Shown here piece after piece: positions 20,691 through 29,248 of a stretch of 53,170 nucleotides of DNA. Position numbers and translations under genes: made by a program. The DNA is taken from contig JAZUCQ010000007.1 of assembly GCA_045639145.1 (NCBI GenBank), positions 1 through 53,170 on the forward strand, in the 5' to 3' direction. Source of the stretch: Clostridia bacterium. GTDB lineage: Bacteria; Bacillota; Clostridia; Monoglobales; Monoglobaceae. The notes under the pieces are model-generated. The model saw nothing but the letters and a program-made list of their open reading frames with translations, was not told the origin of the DNA and did not search any database. The number at the start of each line of letters is the position of its first letter. The first letter of the stretch is position 1.

Positions 20691-22156
20691 TAGTCATTTA
20701 CTGTTATTGTCTGAAGCGTTTCCGTCTGCTCGTAACCGACCGTCTTGCCGAACATCTCCGCAACAAATCTTACGGGAATGTATGTTCTGTCATTATAAGT
20801 GAACACCGGAACATCAAGTATGCTCATATCTCCGTTTACATATGCGGCGGTAGAGCCTATATACATCTCTATCTCTATATCACCGCTCTTTAGGTATACC
20901 TTCTCTGTTGCCTCGTCATAGAAGATATCCTCATCTCCCACTCCGAACATATTCGCAAGTTCACGGAAGGGAACAAATGTTCTGTCATAAACTATAACCG
21001 GCTTGTTTTGGAGAGCCTGAGCCTCTCCGTTATACAAAATCTGTATATTGTCATCTGCACCTATAATTCCGTATGAAACAGCCTCCTGAGATGCCGCAAA
21101 CATATCAACTGTATTTCTGTTATCAAGCTTGGGGAAGTTTACTTCATAACCCTCGGCAAGAGGAAGAACCTGCATATCTGCAGCAACCGAGAAAGTAAAT
21201 CCGTAATCCTCTTTTGTATATCCCTCATCAACGGGCATTGTCGGGTCAAACGCCTTTGCTATATCATATATGTTAATATCAAGATTTACCTCGACATGTA
21301 TGGCTGTGCAATCATTGTTTTGGTCAACTAAAAGCTCTATTACCATACCCTTTTTATCGTCGAACAGCTGCACATTCGCAAGCGGCGCAAGCAGCTCTGC
21401 AATTTCAGCCTTAACCTCGTCTGCTTCTTCCGCAAGACCGTCTTCGCCTGTAAGCTCGGCCGTCATATCAAGCGCATTACTGAAGACCGTAGCAATCATC
21501 TTTTTTATTTCTGCATCACCCATAGTAAGAGTGTACTTTCCGTTTGAATATTCAGGCTTGAAATCTATGCCGTCAAAGATTGCCGCGTTCAGCTCAGAGA
21601 GTGTATAACCCTCAATAATCTCGGTTGTATCCGCTGCAATTTCGCCATTACCTAATACTCCCATTTCAATCATGCTGTTCATAATCGTTTCAAACTCAGG
21701 GATTTTCATATAGTCAAAGAGCAAATACTGGTCCTCTGTTGCCTGCTCCAGATACTCGCCAAGGAACTTCATTATAATATAATACTGCATATTTTCTTCA
21801 TCGGAAATATCCATATTGAGCCATAAATCCATACCGAAGCTTGGAATAATTTCTTCCGCTCCGCTCACAAAAGACAGATTTCCGTCTGCGGCCATCACGG
21901 TATTTTCCTCGTTTGATACAGCATTTATGTCATAAACAAGCGAGCTGTCAAGCAGTGATTTAATAAGCTCTCCGTCCTCACCCATGTTGTCCAGAAATGT
22001 ACCGCTTGCCGCCATTGAAACTTCCACTTTTACATTACCTTCGTATATTTGCGTAGACAACGCATCAAGAAATTTCTCCTCGGTTGTATCCGCATACACG
22101 CCAACAGTCGACATGCACATCACAAGCACAGTTATAATTGCAATAATTTTTTTCAT
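20690..22156 (-). CDS. Secreted protein with a C-terminal copper-amine-oxidase N-terminal-like (stalk) domain
   Basis: It has a signal peptide (MKKIIAIITVLVMCMSTVGVYA). The C-terminus carries repeats of the ...DRTFVPFRELANMFG / NDRTYIPVRFVAEMFG type. Confidence 0.65.
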   Translation of the reverse strand: MKKIIAIITVLVMCMSTVGVYADTTEEKFLDALSTQIYEGNVKVEVSMAASGTFLDNMGEDGELIKSLLDSSLVYDINAVSNEENTVMAADGNLSFVSGAEEIIPSFGMDLWLNMDISDEENMQYYIIMKFLGEYLEQATEDQYLLFDYMKIPEFETIMNSMIEMGVLGNGEIAADTTEIIEGYTLSELNAAIFDGIDFKPEYSNGKYTLTMGDAEIKKMIATVFSNALDMTAELTGEDGLAEEADEVKAEIAELLAPLANVQLFDDKKGMVIELLVDQNNDCTAIHVEVNLDINIYDIAKAFDPTMPVDEGYTKEDYGFTFSVAADMQVLPLAEGYEVNFPKLDNRNTVDMFAASQEAVSYGIIGADDNIQILYNGEAQALQNKPVIVYDRTFVPFRELANMFGVGDEDIFYDEATEKVYLKSGDIEIEMYIGSTAAYVNGDMSILDVPVFTYNDRTYIPVRFVAEMFGKTVGYEQTETLQTITVND

Positions 22157-22403
22157 AACCAATCGCTCCTTTTTGTTGTTTGATAATTTAATTGTACCAC
22201 ATTATGGAGAAATTTACAATAGTATTTTATGTGTAACAGCACCGCGTTTGGGAAAGAGGAGCAACAACGGAGCGTGCGAGCCTTTGACGCTTCACGCGTC
22301 AAAGCGAGAGAAGCGTAGTTTGTTGCGACGAGGCACCGCATGTCACTTTTTTTCATATACAATAATTCTTGTAAGACACAAAGCAGAAAGGAAGTGCATT
22401 AAA

Positions 22404-23312
22404 ATGCCAAATTTTACAACACCTATACCACCACGGCTGACAGGTGATGCGACAAGAGATGTTGACCTGCTGAAAAAGTGGGGAACAGCACTGATTGACG
22501 AGCTGACTTACCTGTTTAACAACTTAGACAGCGGCAATGTTATCGAGGCGGCATCTGTCAAGGCAGAGAACATCGAGACAAACAATGCAAAAATCACCAA
22601 CGCTCAGATAGGTGCTCTCACCGCTGACAAGCTTGTCACAGGAAGCGTGGACACAAATCTTGTTTCTGTTACGGACAATGACGGAACTCTGTCCATAAGC
22701 GGTTCGCAAATTGTAATAAGCGATAAATCACGCGAGAGGTTTATTGCAGCCTATGACAAATACGAGGATGTTTTTCGTTTTGAGCTTTACAACAGCGAGG
22801 GTGAGCCGACCGTAAGTATAAACAGTGGCGGCGATGCGGTTTTCTCGGGAATTGTAGAGAGCGCAAAAATTTTTTCATCCACAATCATAGGCACCGACAG
22901 CGAATCATACGAAAATGTCGACGGCGGCGTTTTTGCGGACATCAACCAAACGGGCATAAAGATTATGCAGGATAAAAACGGTGACAGAAAGCAAAAAATC
23001 GGCATGTCCGTTGCAGATGACGGCACGGCGTACCTTGTTCTGGGAGCAGGCAACGGCAGCGGCGAAACCAACATAAATGGTGTCATCTACACTAACGGAG
23101 CCTTTATGGCAGAAAAAAATGAATCTTACGCAAGTCTGGGACTTGTGGGCGGCTCACCGTTTATTACATTTTGGGAGGATAGCGGCGAGCTCAGGCTCTC
23201 CGGCTCGCCCATATTGTTTAACGGAGTAAATCTTACCGCAAAGCTCTCTGCTATGCAGGCAGAGATTGATTCTATCAACCAAATACTTGAAAATATGACA
23301 ACAGCATTATAA
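22404..23312 (+). CDS. Phage structural protein, tail-fibre/appendage-like
   Basis: 303 aa starting at the ATG at 22404 after GAAAGGAAG. The N-terminal LTYLFNNLDSGNV...ITNAQIGALTADKLVTGSV pattern is typical of phage fibre proteins. The C-terminus is coiled-coil-like. Confidence 0.45.
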   Translation: MPNFTTPIPPRLTGDATRDVDLLKKWGTALIDELTYLFNNLDSGNVIEAASVKAENIETNNAKITNAQIGALTADKLVTGSVDTNLVSVTDNDGTLSISGSQIVISDKSRERFIAAYDKYEDVFRFELYNSEGEPTVSINSGGDAVFSGIVESAKIFSSTIIGTDSESYENVDGGVFADINQTGIKIMQDKNGDRKQKIGMSVADDGTAYLVLGAGNGSGETNINGVIYTNGAFMAEKNESYASLGLVGGSPFITFWEDSGELRLSGSPILFNGVNLTAKLSAMQAEIDSINQILENMTTAL

Positions 23313-23332
23313 TTACAAAAGGAGGAAAAAAG

Positions 23333-24946
23333 ATGCTTACAAACACTTATCACGGAAAAATCAAACCTGAGTTTTTCTCAAAAATGACTGAATGTTTTAC
23401 ACTCTATAAAGAAAACAAAAAAATGCTTGATATGCGGATTATAGAGAATAACCGCTGGTTCAAGTCACGCTATTTTAGCCGACAGGAAACCGAAATCCCC
23501 GAGCCGACTACCCCGTATCTTTTTAATGTAATTGCCAACAAGCATGCAGACGCCATGGACAACTACCCCGAAGCAAGCATTTTAGAGAGGGAGGCAGCCG
23601 ACCGAAGTATTGCCGAAAGCTTTACAAAGATACTTCCCAGGCAGCTTGACCTTTGCGGCTTTAAGCGAACCTACAGCAGGGCATGGTGGTACAAGCTGAA
23701 AAACGGTGCCGCTTGCTACGGCGTATTCTTCAACCCCTCGCTAAGACGCGGCAGAGGAGATATCGACATACGCAGAATTGACCTTCTAAATCTCTTTTGG
23801 GAGCCGGGCATAACGGATATTCAGGACAGTAAATTTCTCTTTGTAACCGCACTTTGCGACAACGATGCCTTAAAAGAAAAATATCCGCAGTATGCGGACA
23901 AGTTCACGGGGGATTGCACCATGGACGCGCAGGTATATAACGATTTTGACGGAGGCTCTCCCAATGATGTTTTAAAGGATAAAACCCTTGTGATTGATTG
24001 CTATTACAAAAAACAGCGCGGCAATACCCATACGGTAGAGCTGATAAAGTTCTTTGACAATATTATTCTTGATGCATCGGAAGACAGAGGTCAAAACGGC
24101 CTTTATGACCACGGCTTGTATCCGTTTGTTTTAGATGTCCTCTATCCCGACGAGGACAGCCCCGTTGGCTTTGGACTGGTTGATATAATTAAGAACCCTC
24201 AGCTCTATATCGACAGACTTGACGCAATAATAAGTAAAAATGCCATGATTTCGGGTAAAACCAGATTTATGATAAAGGATAACGGCGGTCTTAATGAATA
24301 TGAACTGTGTGACCTCACTAAGGATATAATTCATGTTGCAGGCTCGGTCGGTGATGAAAATATTCGCGAGCTTCAGACAAAGCCTTTGCATTCATTTATT
24401 ATTCAGCACCGTCAGAATAAAATTGATGAACTTAAAGAGGTATCAGGCAACATGGACTTTCAGCAGGGCGGAACAACGGGTGGTGTTACTGCGTATTCCG
24501 CAATCGTTGCACTTCAGCAGGCAGGCGAAAAGCTCTCCCGTGATATGATTGGCGAAAGCTATGACGCATTCCGCAGAATAATTCTGCTCTGCATTGAGCT
24601 TATCCGTCAATTTTATGACGAACCGCGTTCATACAGAATAACAGACAGCGACGGTAAAGGCGAATACATATCCTTTTCCAACCGTGAGCTGCATCAGGAC
24701 AAGGACAGGCTCCCTGCCGAGTTTGATATCAGCGTAAGTGCGGAAAAAAATAATCCGTACAGCAGAATTACTCAAAATCAAACGCTGACGGATTTATGGA
24801 AAATGGGACTTTTCCGCAAAGAAACAGTACAAGAATCCCTTATGCTGCTTGAAAATCTGCACCTTGACGGCAAAGAAAAGCTTATAGAGGCACTCCGCAA
24901 AATGCCCCTATATCAAAACCCTGCCGATAACACGCAGGTCATCTGA
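23333..24946 (+). CDS. Phage portal protein, possibly of the P22/podovirus-like family
   Basis: At 537 aa, its size and general sequence character fit a portal. A strong RBS AAAGGAGG lies upstream, and the gene sits in a cassette with TerL. Confidence 0.6.
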   Translation: MLTNTYHGKIKPEFFSKMTECFTLYKENKKMLDMRIIENNRWFKSRYFSRQETEIPEPTTPYLFNVIANKHADAMDNYPEASILEREAADRSIAESFTKILPRQLDLCGFKRTYSRAWWYKLKNGAACYGVFFNPSLRRGRGDIDIRRIDLLNLFWEPGITDIQDSKFLFVTALCDNDALKEKYPQYADKFTGDCTMDAQVYNDFDGGSPNDVLKDKTLVIDCYYKKQRGNTHTVELIKFFDNIILDASEDRGQNGLYDHGLYPFVLDVLYPDEDSPVGFGLVDIIKNPQLYIDRLDAIISKNAMISGKTRFMIKDNGGLNEYELCDLTKDIIHVAGSVGDENIRELQTKPLHSFIIQHRQNKIDELKEVSGNMDFQQGGTTGGVTAYSAIVALQQAGEKLSRDMIGESYDAFRRIILLCIELIRQFYDEPRSYRITDSDGKGEYISFSNRELHQDKDRLPAEFDISVSAEKNNPYSRITQNQTLTDLWKMGLFRKETVQESLMLLENLHLDGKEKLIEALRKMPLYQNPADNTQVI

Positions 24947-25603
24947 TGCCGTAATGCGAATTGGCGAATACTTAGAGTTAAATGAGCATAAATACGCCTC
25001 TCCTGCACGATACTCAAGACGCTTGCAATATGCCTCACCGTTGAGGACAAAAATTCCTATCTGCCCGTTTGAAAGCTGAGGACAGAACTTTACCAGCACA
25101 ATCTCATCATCATGTATGATAGGCTCCATGCTGTCTCCTGAGATGCGGATTCCTGCATCTGCCTCCTCAGGAGCGTCAAGCTCCATCTCCTCAAAATCGC
25201 AATCCGCAAGCCAGTTTCCAAGACCTGCTGCGGCAGGCTGAAAATATACAGGAAGTGTACGCACCTTCCCATACTGAGCAATACGCATATTGCTATACTC
25301 AAAATCAAGACAGTTGTATACTGCCGCTCTGCCGCGAAGAGAAAGCTCGGACAGCTTTTTGAGCATCTTCGCATCAACCATAGCCGGCTTTACGCTGTCT
25401 CCCGAAAAATAATTGTGTATATCGTCAATCTCGTACTTTGCACACAACTTTAAAAATACAGATATAGACGGCTCTGACTTGCCCGTCTCCCACGAACTGA
25501 ATGTGGATTGGCTCACGCCAAGCCAACTGTAAACATCATTCTGCGAAAGCCCTGCGGCAACCCTCGCCTCTTTCAGCTTTTTGCTTATCACCTTATCTGC
25601 CAC
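24908..25603 (-). CDS. CI/LexA-like repressor (XRE-type HTH plus S24 self-cleaving peptidase domain)
   Basis: It has an HTH (LSQNDVYSWLGVSQSTFSSWETGK) and the S24 catalytic GDSMEP and CKRL Lys. The start is the GTG at 25603 after GAGGTG. The track ORF start lies inside the gene's own promoter. Confidence 0.85.
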   Translation of the reverse strand: MADKVISKKLKEARVAAGLSQNDVYSWLGVSQSTFSSWETGKSEPSISVFLKLCAKYEIDDIHNYFSGDSVKPAMVDAKMLKKLSELSLRGRAAVYNCLDFEYSNMRIAQYGKVRTLPVYFQPAAAGLGNWLADCDFEEMELDAPEEADAGIRISGDSMEPIIHDDEIVLVKFCPQLSNGQIGIFVLNGEAYCKRLEYRAGEAYLCSFNSKYSPIRITASDDLRVIGRVLI

Positions 25604-25622
25604 AATAATCACCTCAAAATGT

Positions 25623-25651
25623 ATGATATCATATAATTTGTTTTTTTGCAA
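25623..25651 (-). promoter_or_regulatory. Promoter of the repressor gene
   Basis: On the minus strand: TTGCAA, a 17-nt spacer, then TATCAT. Confidence 0.5.
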
Positions 25652-25681
25652 CAAAAAATCGAAAAACGCGATAAATTTCTC

Positions 25682-25709
25682 TTGACAAACGAAATTTTCG
25701 TTGTATAAT
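25682..25709 (+). promoter_or_regulatory. Early rightward promoter with an operator palindrome in its spacer
   Basis: TTGACA, a 16-nt spacer, then TATAAT. A 7-1-7 palindrome AACGAAA-T-TTTCGTT (25688-25702) fills the spacer. Confidence 0.6.
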
Positions 25710-25772
25710 ATAAGTGTATAACGGATTTATCGTTTGTATGTCACATAACACTAAGAAAGGAGGCAAAATGCC

Positions 25773-25970
25773 ATGACACATCCTGACATACTTGCGACAG
25801 AATCGCTCGGCAGCGTGCGGCAGATGAAGGCTGCTGAGAAAATCGGCGAATGCCTGTACTGCGAAGCACCCGTCTTAGATGACGGCGAGGCGGTGGAGAG
25901 CACCGACGGAATGTTTTGCGACATGGACTGCTGCTGTGAATATTATGAAATACGGTCTGCTTGCAGATAA
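25773..25970 (+). CDS. Small cysteine-rich protein of unknown function, first gene of the rightward operon
   Basis: 65 aa with CxxC...C..CCC. AAGGAGG lies upstream. It has no HTH, so it is not a classical Cro. Confidence 0.45.
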   Translation: MTHPDILATESLGSVRQMKAAEKIGECLYCEAPVLDDGEAVESTDGMFCDMDCCCEYYEIRSACR

Positions 25971-26000
25971 ATATATTTACAAAAGAAAGGAACAGATAAG

Positions 26001-26363
26001 ATGAGGTTAAACAACGAGCAAGAGGTAAAAAAGTGGCTCAGGAATATACCGCTTGTAAAGCGCGAGCTTGAGCTTAAGATGTCATTTTTCAAAGATCTTG
26101 CAGCAGATTTGGGCGTGGCAAGAGCTAATGAGTATGACAGACGGATTGATGAGTTAAAACAGCGTATGGATAATATTTTATCGGACACAGAGCGGTTGTT
26201 TGAACTGCTTGAAGATAACGAACGGCTTGTTATGACTGCCAAATACATAAATCATATACGGTGGGATTTTATAGAATATCATGTCTTTTACAGCCGCCGC
26301 CACGCAATACGGATACATAATGAAGCCATAAAAAAGCTTGTGGGACAGGAGGTTAATTCATAA
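26001..26363 (+). CDS. Phage late-gene regulator with a sigma-70 region-4-like HTH (ArpU/RinA/DUF1492-like)
   Basis: The C-terminal ...YSRRHAIRIHNEAIKKL is the typical region-4-like ending of these small phage activators. Confidence 0.5.
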   Translation: MRLNNEQEVKKWLRNIPLVKRELELKMSFFKDLAADLGVARANEYDRRIDELKQRMDNILSDTERLFELLEDNERLVMTAKYINHIRWDFIEYHVFYSRRHAIRIHNEAIKKLVGQEVNS

Positions 26364-26381
26364 GATAAGGAGTTGATAATT

Positions 26382-26564
26382 ATGTTCGGTGACAACATAT
26401 CACATCTGTCTGACGAAGCAAGACAAAAGATGATAGAGCTTTTATCCTGCGGCAACGAGAGAGTTGAGCTTGCCGCAGCCAAGGAAATTGTTTCGCTGTT
26501 TGATAAAAGGACGGATGACAGCAGCGATGTGAAGCTTGATGTAACGATAAAAATTGTGGAATAG
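26382..26564 (+). CDS. Small protein, possibly a remnant of the C-terminal part of a terminase small subunit
   Basis: 60 aa from the ATG at 26382 after AAGGAG. ELLSCGNERVELAAAKEIVSLFD resembles TerS tails. It lies immediately upstream of TerL. Confidence 0.3.
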   Translation: MFGDNISHLSDEARQKMIELLSCGNERVELAAAKEIVSLFDKRTDDSSDVKLDVTIKIVE

Positions 26565-26581
26565 CAAAGGAGACAATACAT

Positions 26582-27982
26582 ATGAAATACGAGGCGCTTA
26601 ATCTGGAGCTTACAAAGACGCAGAAGGCTTTTATGGATGCAGATGCAGACGAAGTTCTGTTCGGCGGTGCGGCGGGTGGCGGAAAATCCTACGGGCAGCT
26701 TGCCGACGCACTTGTCTATGCCCTGAAATATCCGAGAAGCCGCCAGCTTATTCTGCGAAAAACCTTTCCCGAGCTTGAACATTCGATGATTTTTACATCA
26801 CTTGGATTTTTCCCGAAATCAGTTTGCAAATATTCGGCAACCTCCAGAAAGTGGACCTTTTTAAACGGTTCTGTAATTGAATTCGGCTTCTGCGCGACCA
26901 AATCGGATGTCCTCCGCTATCAGGGCGCGGAATACGAAGTGGTTCGATTTGACGAGCTGACACATTTTACCGAGGACCAATACACATACCTTATCTCGCG
27001 TATTCGCGGAGTAAACCCCTATCCCAAAATGGTTAAATCAAGCACCAACCCCGGAGGTATAGGGCACAGCTGGGTCAAGCGGAGGTTTATCGATGGTTTT
27101 GAGCCGAACAAAATTCACATTGATGCCAAAACAGGAGCGAGACGGCTTTTTATTCCCTCACTTGTTCAGGATAATGTGTTCCTTATGCAAGCCGACAAGG
27201 ATTACATAAAGCGTCTTGAGCAGCTGCCCGAAAAGGAACGGCGCGCACTCCTCTGCGGTGAGTGGGACATCTTTGACGGACAGGTTTTTACAGAATGGAA
27301 AAATTCCCACATCGGCAAAAAAACAAGACGCTGGTCGCATGTAATAGAGCCGTTTGATATTCCAAAGGAATGGCGGCGGTACCGCGCTTTTGATTTCGGC
27401 TACTCAAAACCCTTTGCAGTATCATGGTATGCAGTGGACCATGACGGCAGAGCCTACAACTACCGTGAATTATATGGTTGTACGGGCGAGCCTGATGTCG
27501 GCATTCGGTGGACAGCACAAAAAATTGCCGACGAAATCCGTCAAATAGAAGAGACGGAGGATGCCGGCTGTCAAATCGTCGGCATTGCCGACCCTGCAAT
27601 ATGGAACAGCACCGGCTCATCTGACGGCAGTATTGCGGATATGATGGAAAAGCGTGGGGTTTACTTTGAACAAGGCAACCACAACCGTCTTGCAGGAAAA
27701 ATGCAGGTGCATTACCGCCTTGCCTTTGACGAAGAAGGCTTGCCTATGATTTACTTTTTTGAAAATTGCAAAAATATAATAAGGACACTCCCATCCCTTG
27801 GCTATGACCCTATAAGGCCCGAGGATGTAAACACGGGTCAGGAGGACCATCTTTATGACGCACTCAAATACTTTCTGATGGCAAACCCAATTGCAGTCAG
27901 GAAATGCGAGCAACCAAAGGCAGAGGAATTTAACCCTCTGTCCACAGATAAAATCATCGCCTATCCTCGGTTTATTGTATAA
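26582..27982 (+). CDS. Phage terminase large subunit
   Basis: 466 aa with Walker A GGAAGGGKSY, Walker B VVRFDELTHF and a C-terminal nuclease-like region (DHLYDALKY). Confidence 0.85.
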   Translation: MKYEALNLELTKTQKAFMDADADEVLFGGAAGGGKSYGQLADALVYALKYPRSRQLILRKTFPELEHSMIFTSLGFFPKSVCKYSATSRKWTFLNGSVIEFGFCATKSDVLRYQGAEYEVVRFDELTHFTEDQYTYLISRIRGVNPYPKMVKSSTNPGGIGHSWVKRRFIDGFEPNKIHIDAKTGARRLFIPSLVQDNVFLMQADKDYIKRLEQLPEKERRALLCGEWDIFDGQVFTEWKNSHIGKKTRRWSHVIEPFDIPKEWRRYRAFDFGYSKPFAVSWYAVDHDGRAYNYRELYGCTGEPDVGIRWTAQKIADEIRQIEETEDAGCQIVGIADPAIWNSTGSSDGSIADMMEKRGVYFEQGNHNRLAGKMQVHYRLAFDEEGLPMIYFFENCKNIIRTLPSLGYDPIRPEDVNTGQEDHLYDALKYFLMANPIAVRKCEQPKAEEFNPLSTDKIIAYPRFIV

Positions 27983-28014
27983 AAAACACTCGCTCTGCCC
28001 GAGCGAGTGTTTTA
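27981..28014. terminator. Bidirectional terminator between TerL and rubrerythrin
   Basis: ACACTCGCTC-TGCCC-GAGCGAGTGT with an upstream A-run and a downstream T-run. Confidence 0.75.
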
Positions 28015-28053
28015 ATATGCAGATAACAGTCTGTATGCTGTTCCTCTATAATT

Positions 28054-28641
28054 TTAGCCAAAATATCTCTTGAGCATACCCTCAAGGCCTCTGCCGTGTC
28101 GAGCTTCGTCGCGAGCCATTTCATGCACTGTGTCATGGATTGCATCCAAGCCGTTTTTCTTTGCACAAGCGGCAAGGACAAACTTACCCTGTGTAGCACC
28201 GTATTCGCAATCTACTCTCCAAGCAAGATTGTCCTTGGTTGTAGCCTTCATGTTTGGTTCTAAATCCTCACCTAAAAGTTCTGCAAATTTAGCGGCATGC
28301 TCAGCTTCCTCATAAGCTGCCTTTTCCCAGTAAAGACCGATTTCGGGATAACCCTCTCTGTGAGCAATACGAGCCATGCAGAGATACATACCAACCTCTG
28401 CACATTCACCGTTGAAGTTTGCCATAAGCTGCTCAAAGATATACTTTTTATCTTCTTCGCTGATGTCGGGGTTGTTTTTTACAGTCTTGCCGTAAACGCC
28501 GTACTCATGCTCAGCTGCAAGAGCCGCACCCTCAACCATTTCCTTAAACTTCTCAGCCGGAACCTTACATACGGGACAGGCTGCAGGAGGAGCATCTCCC
28601 TCGTGAACATAACCGCAAACAGAACATACATACTTTTTCAT
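28054..28641 (-). CDS. rbr: Reverse rubrerythrin (N-terminal rubredoxin-like domain, C-terminal ferritin-like diiron domain)
   Basis: It has CSVCGY...CPVCKVP at the N-terminus and the E..EH / EE.RH diiron ligand motifs. Confidence 0.88.
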   Translation of the reverse strand: MKKYVCSVCGYVHEGDAPPAACPVCKVPAEKFKEMVEGAALAAEHEYGVYGKTVKNNPDISEEDKKYIFEQLMANFNGECAEVGMYLCMARIAHREGYPEIGLYWEKAAYEEAEHAAKFAELLGEDLEPNMKATTKDNLAWRVDCEYGATQGKFVLAACAKKNGLDAIHDTVHEMARDEARHGRGLEGMLKRYFG

Positions 28642-28677
28642 AATCATTTACCTCCAAATAATATATAATTTAAAATT

Positions 28678-29079
28678 TTACTTAAGTTTTGCTGTGCACT
28701 CGGCACATACTCCACAGAACACAAGGTCGTGATACTCCACTATACAACCGTTCTCCCGTTCCGCAGCTTTATCAAGACTATCTGCATACCGAGTAACAAT
28801 ATCACATACACATCCACACTCTCTGCAATGGAGATGATAGTGGGGCTCTGTGCAGGCATCGTATCTTTCTGTACCATCGCCTACATCAATTTTTATAATC
28901 ACTCTGTCATCACAAAGCTGAGAAAGATTTCTGTACACCGTTCCAAGGCTGATATTCGGAATTTCAAGACGCACATGGTCATACACCCAATTCGCCGTGG
29001 GGTGCGTTACTGTACTCTGAAGTGTCTTTAGAATACATTCACGCTGCTTGCTGTACCTGTGTGTAATCTGTCTGTCCAT
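28678..29079 (-). CDS. perR: Fur-family peroxide-responsive repressor
   Basis: It has the Fur-family fold motifs (HHHLxC..CG, CxxC at the C-terminus) and sits in an operon with rubrerythrin. The start is the ATG at 29079 after AAGGAG. Confidence 0.8.
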   Translation of the reverse strand: MDRQITHRYSKQRECILKTLQSTVTHPTANWVYDHVRLEIPNISLGTVYRNLSQLCDDRVIIKIDVGDGTERYDACTEPHYHLHCRECGCVCDIVTRYADSLDKAAERENGCIVEYHDLVFCGVCAECTAKLK

Positions 29080-29099
29080 AGCTAACTCCTTAACGCAAA

Positions 29100-29114
29100 T
29101 AGTAATCATTACTA
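29100..29114. promoter_or_regulatory. Fur/PerR-box 7-1-7 palindrome
   Basis: TAGTAAT-C-ATTACTA is a perfect inverted repeat. It lies just downstream of the perR -10 and resembles TTATAATnATTATAA. Confidence 0.6.
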
Positions 29115-29118
29115 CTTA

Positions 29119-29146
29119 AGTATAACATACATTTCCTATTTGTCAA
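29119..29146 (-). promoter_or_regulatory. perR-rbr promoter
   Basis: On the minus strand: TTGACA, a 16-nt spacer, then TATACT. Confidence 0.55.
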
Positions 29147-29165
29147 TAGTTTTTTGAAAAAAATA

Positions 29166-29193
29166 TTGACTTTTTTTAAAATTGTGCTATAAT
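29166..29193 (+). promoter_or_regulatory. ctsR operon promoter
   Basis: TTGACT, a 16-nt spacer, then TGC-TATAAT (extended -10). Confidence 0.65.
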
Positions 29194-29201
29194 AAGCTTA
29201 A

Positions 29202-29226
29202 GGTCAAAGAAAGTCAAAGTCAAATT
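29202..29226 (+). promoter_or_regulatory. CtsR operator (heptad direct repeat)
   Basis: GGTCAAA-GAA-AGTCAAA-GTCAAA matches the A/GGTCAAAnanA/GGTCAAA consensus. It lies immediately downstream of the -10. Confidence 0.8.
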
Positions 29227-29248
29227 CAACATAAAGAAGGTGTTTATA

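Larger units (their letters stand above)
22404..27982. mobile_element. Degenerate or minimal phage-derived cassette. It holds a fibre-like protein, a portal, a CI/LexA-like repressor, a sigma-like regulator, a TerS remnant and TerL. It has no integrase, capsid, tail or lysis genes.
   Basis: The call rests on the gene content listed in the individual features. The flanks are host genes on the opposite strand, and I saw no direct repeats at the borders. Confidence 0.7.

Noticed and set aside
21984-22403. The 5' extension of the fibre-like ORF back to 21984
   Set aside because: The extension is antisense to the secreted-protein gene and crosses the intergenic spacer. A proper RBS and ATG lie at 22404, so the gene was trimmed to that start.
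22163-28053. Integrase, attL/attR direct repeats or a tRNA target for the phage-like cassette
   Set aside because: No recombinase ORF is present in any frame, and I could see no direct repeats of 10 bp or longer shared by the two border regions. The element is therefore described as a remnant or minimal cassette rather than an intact prophage.
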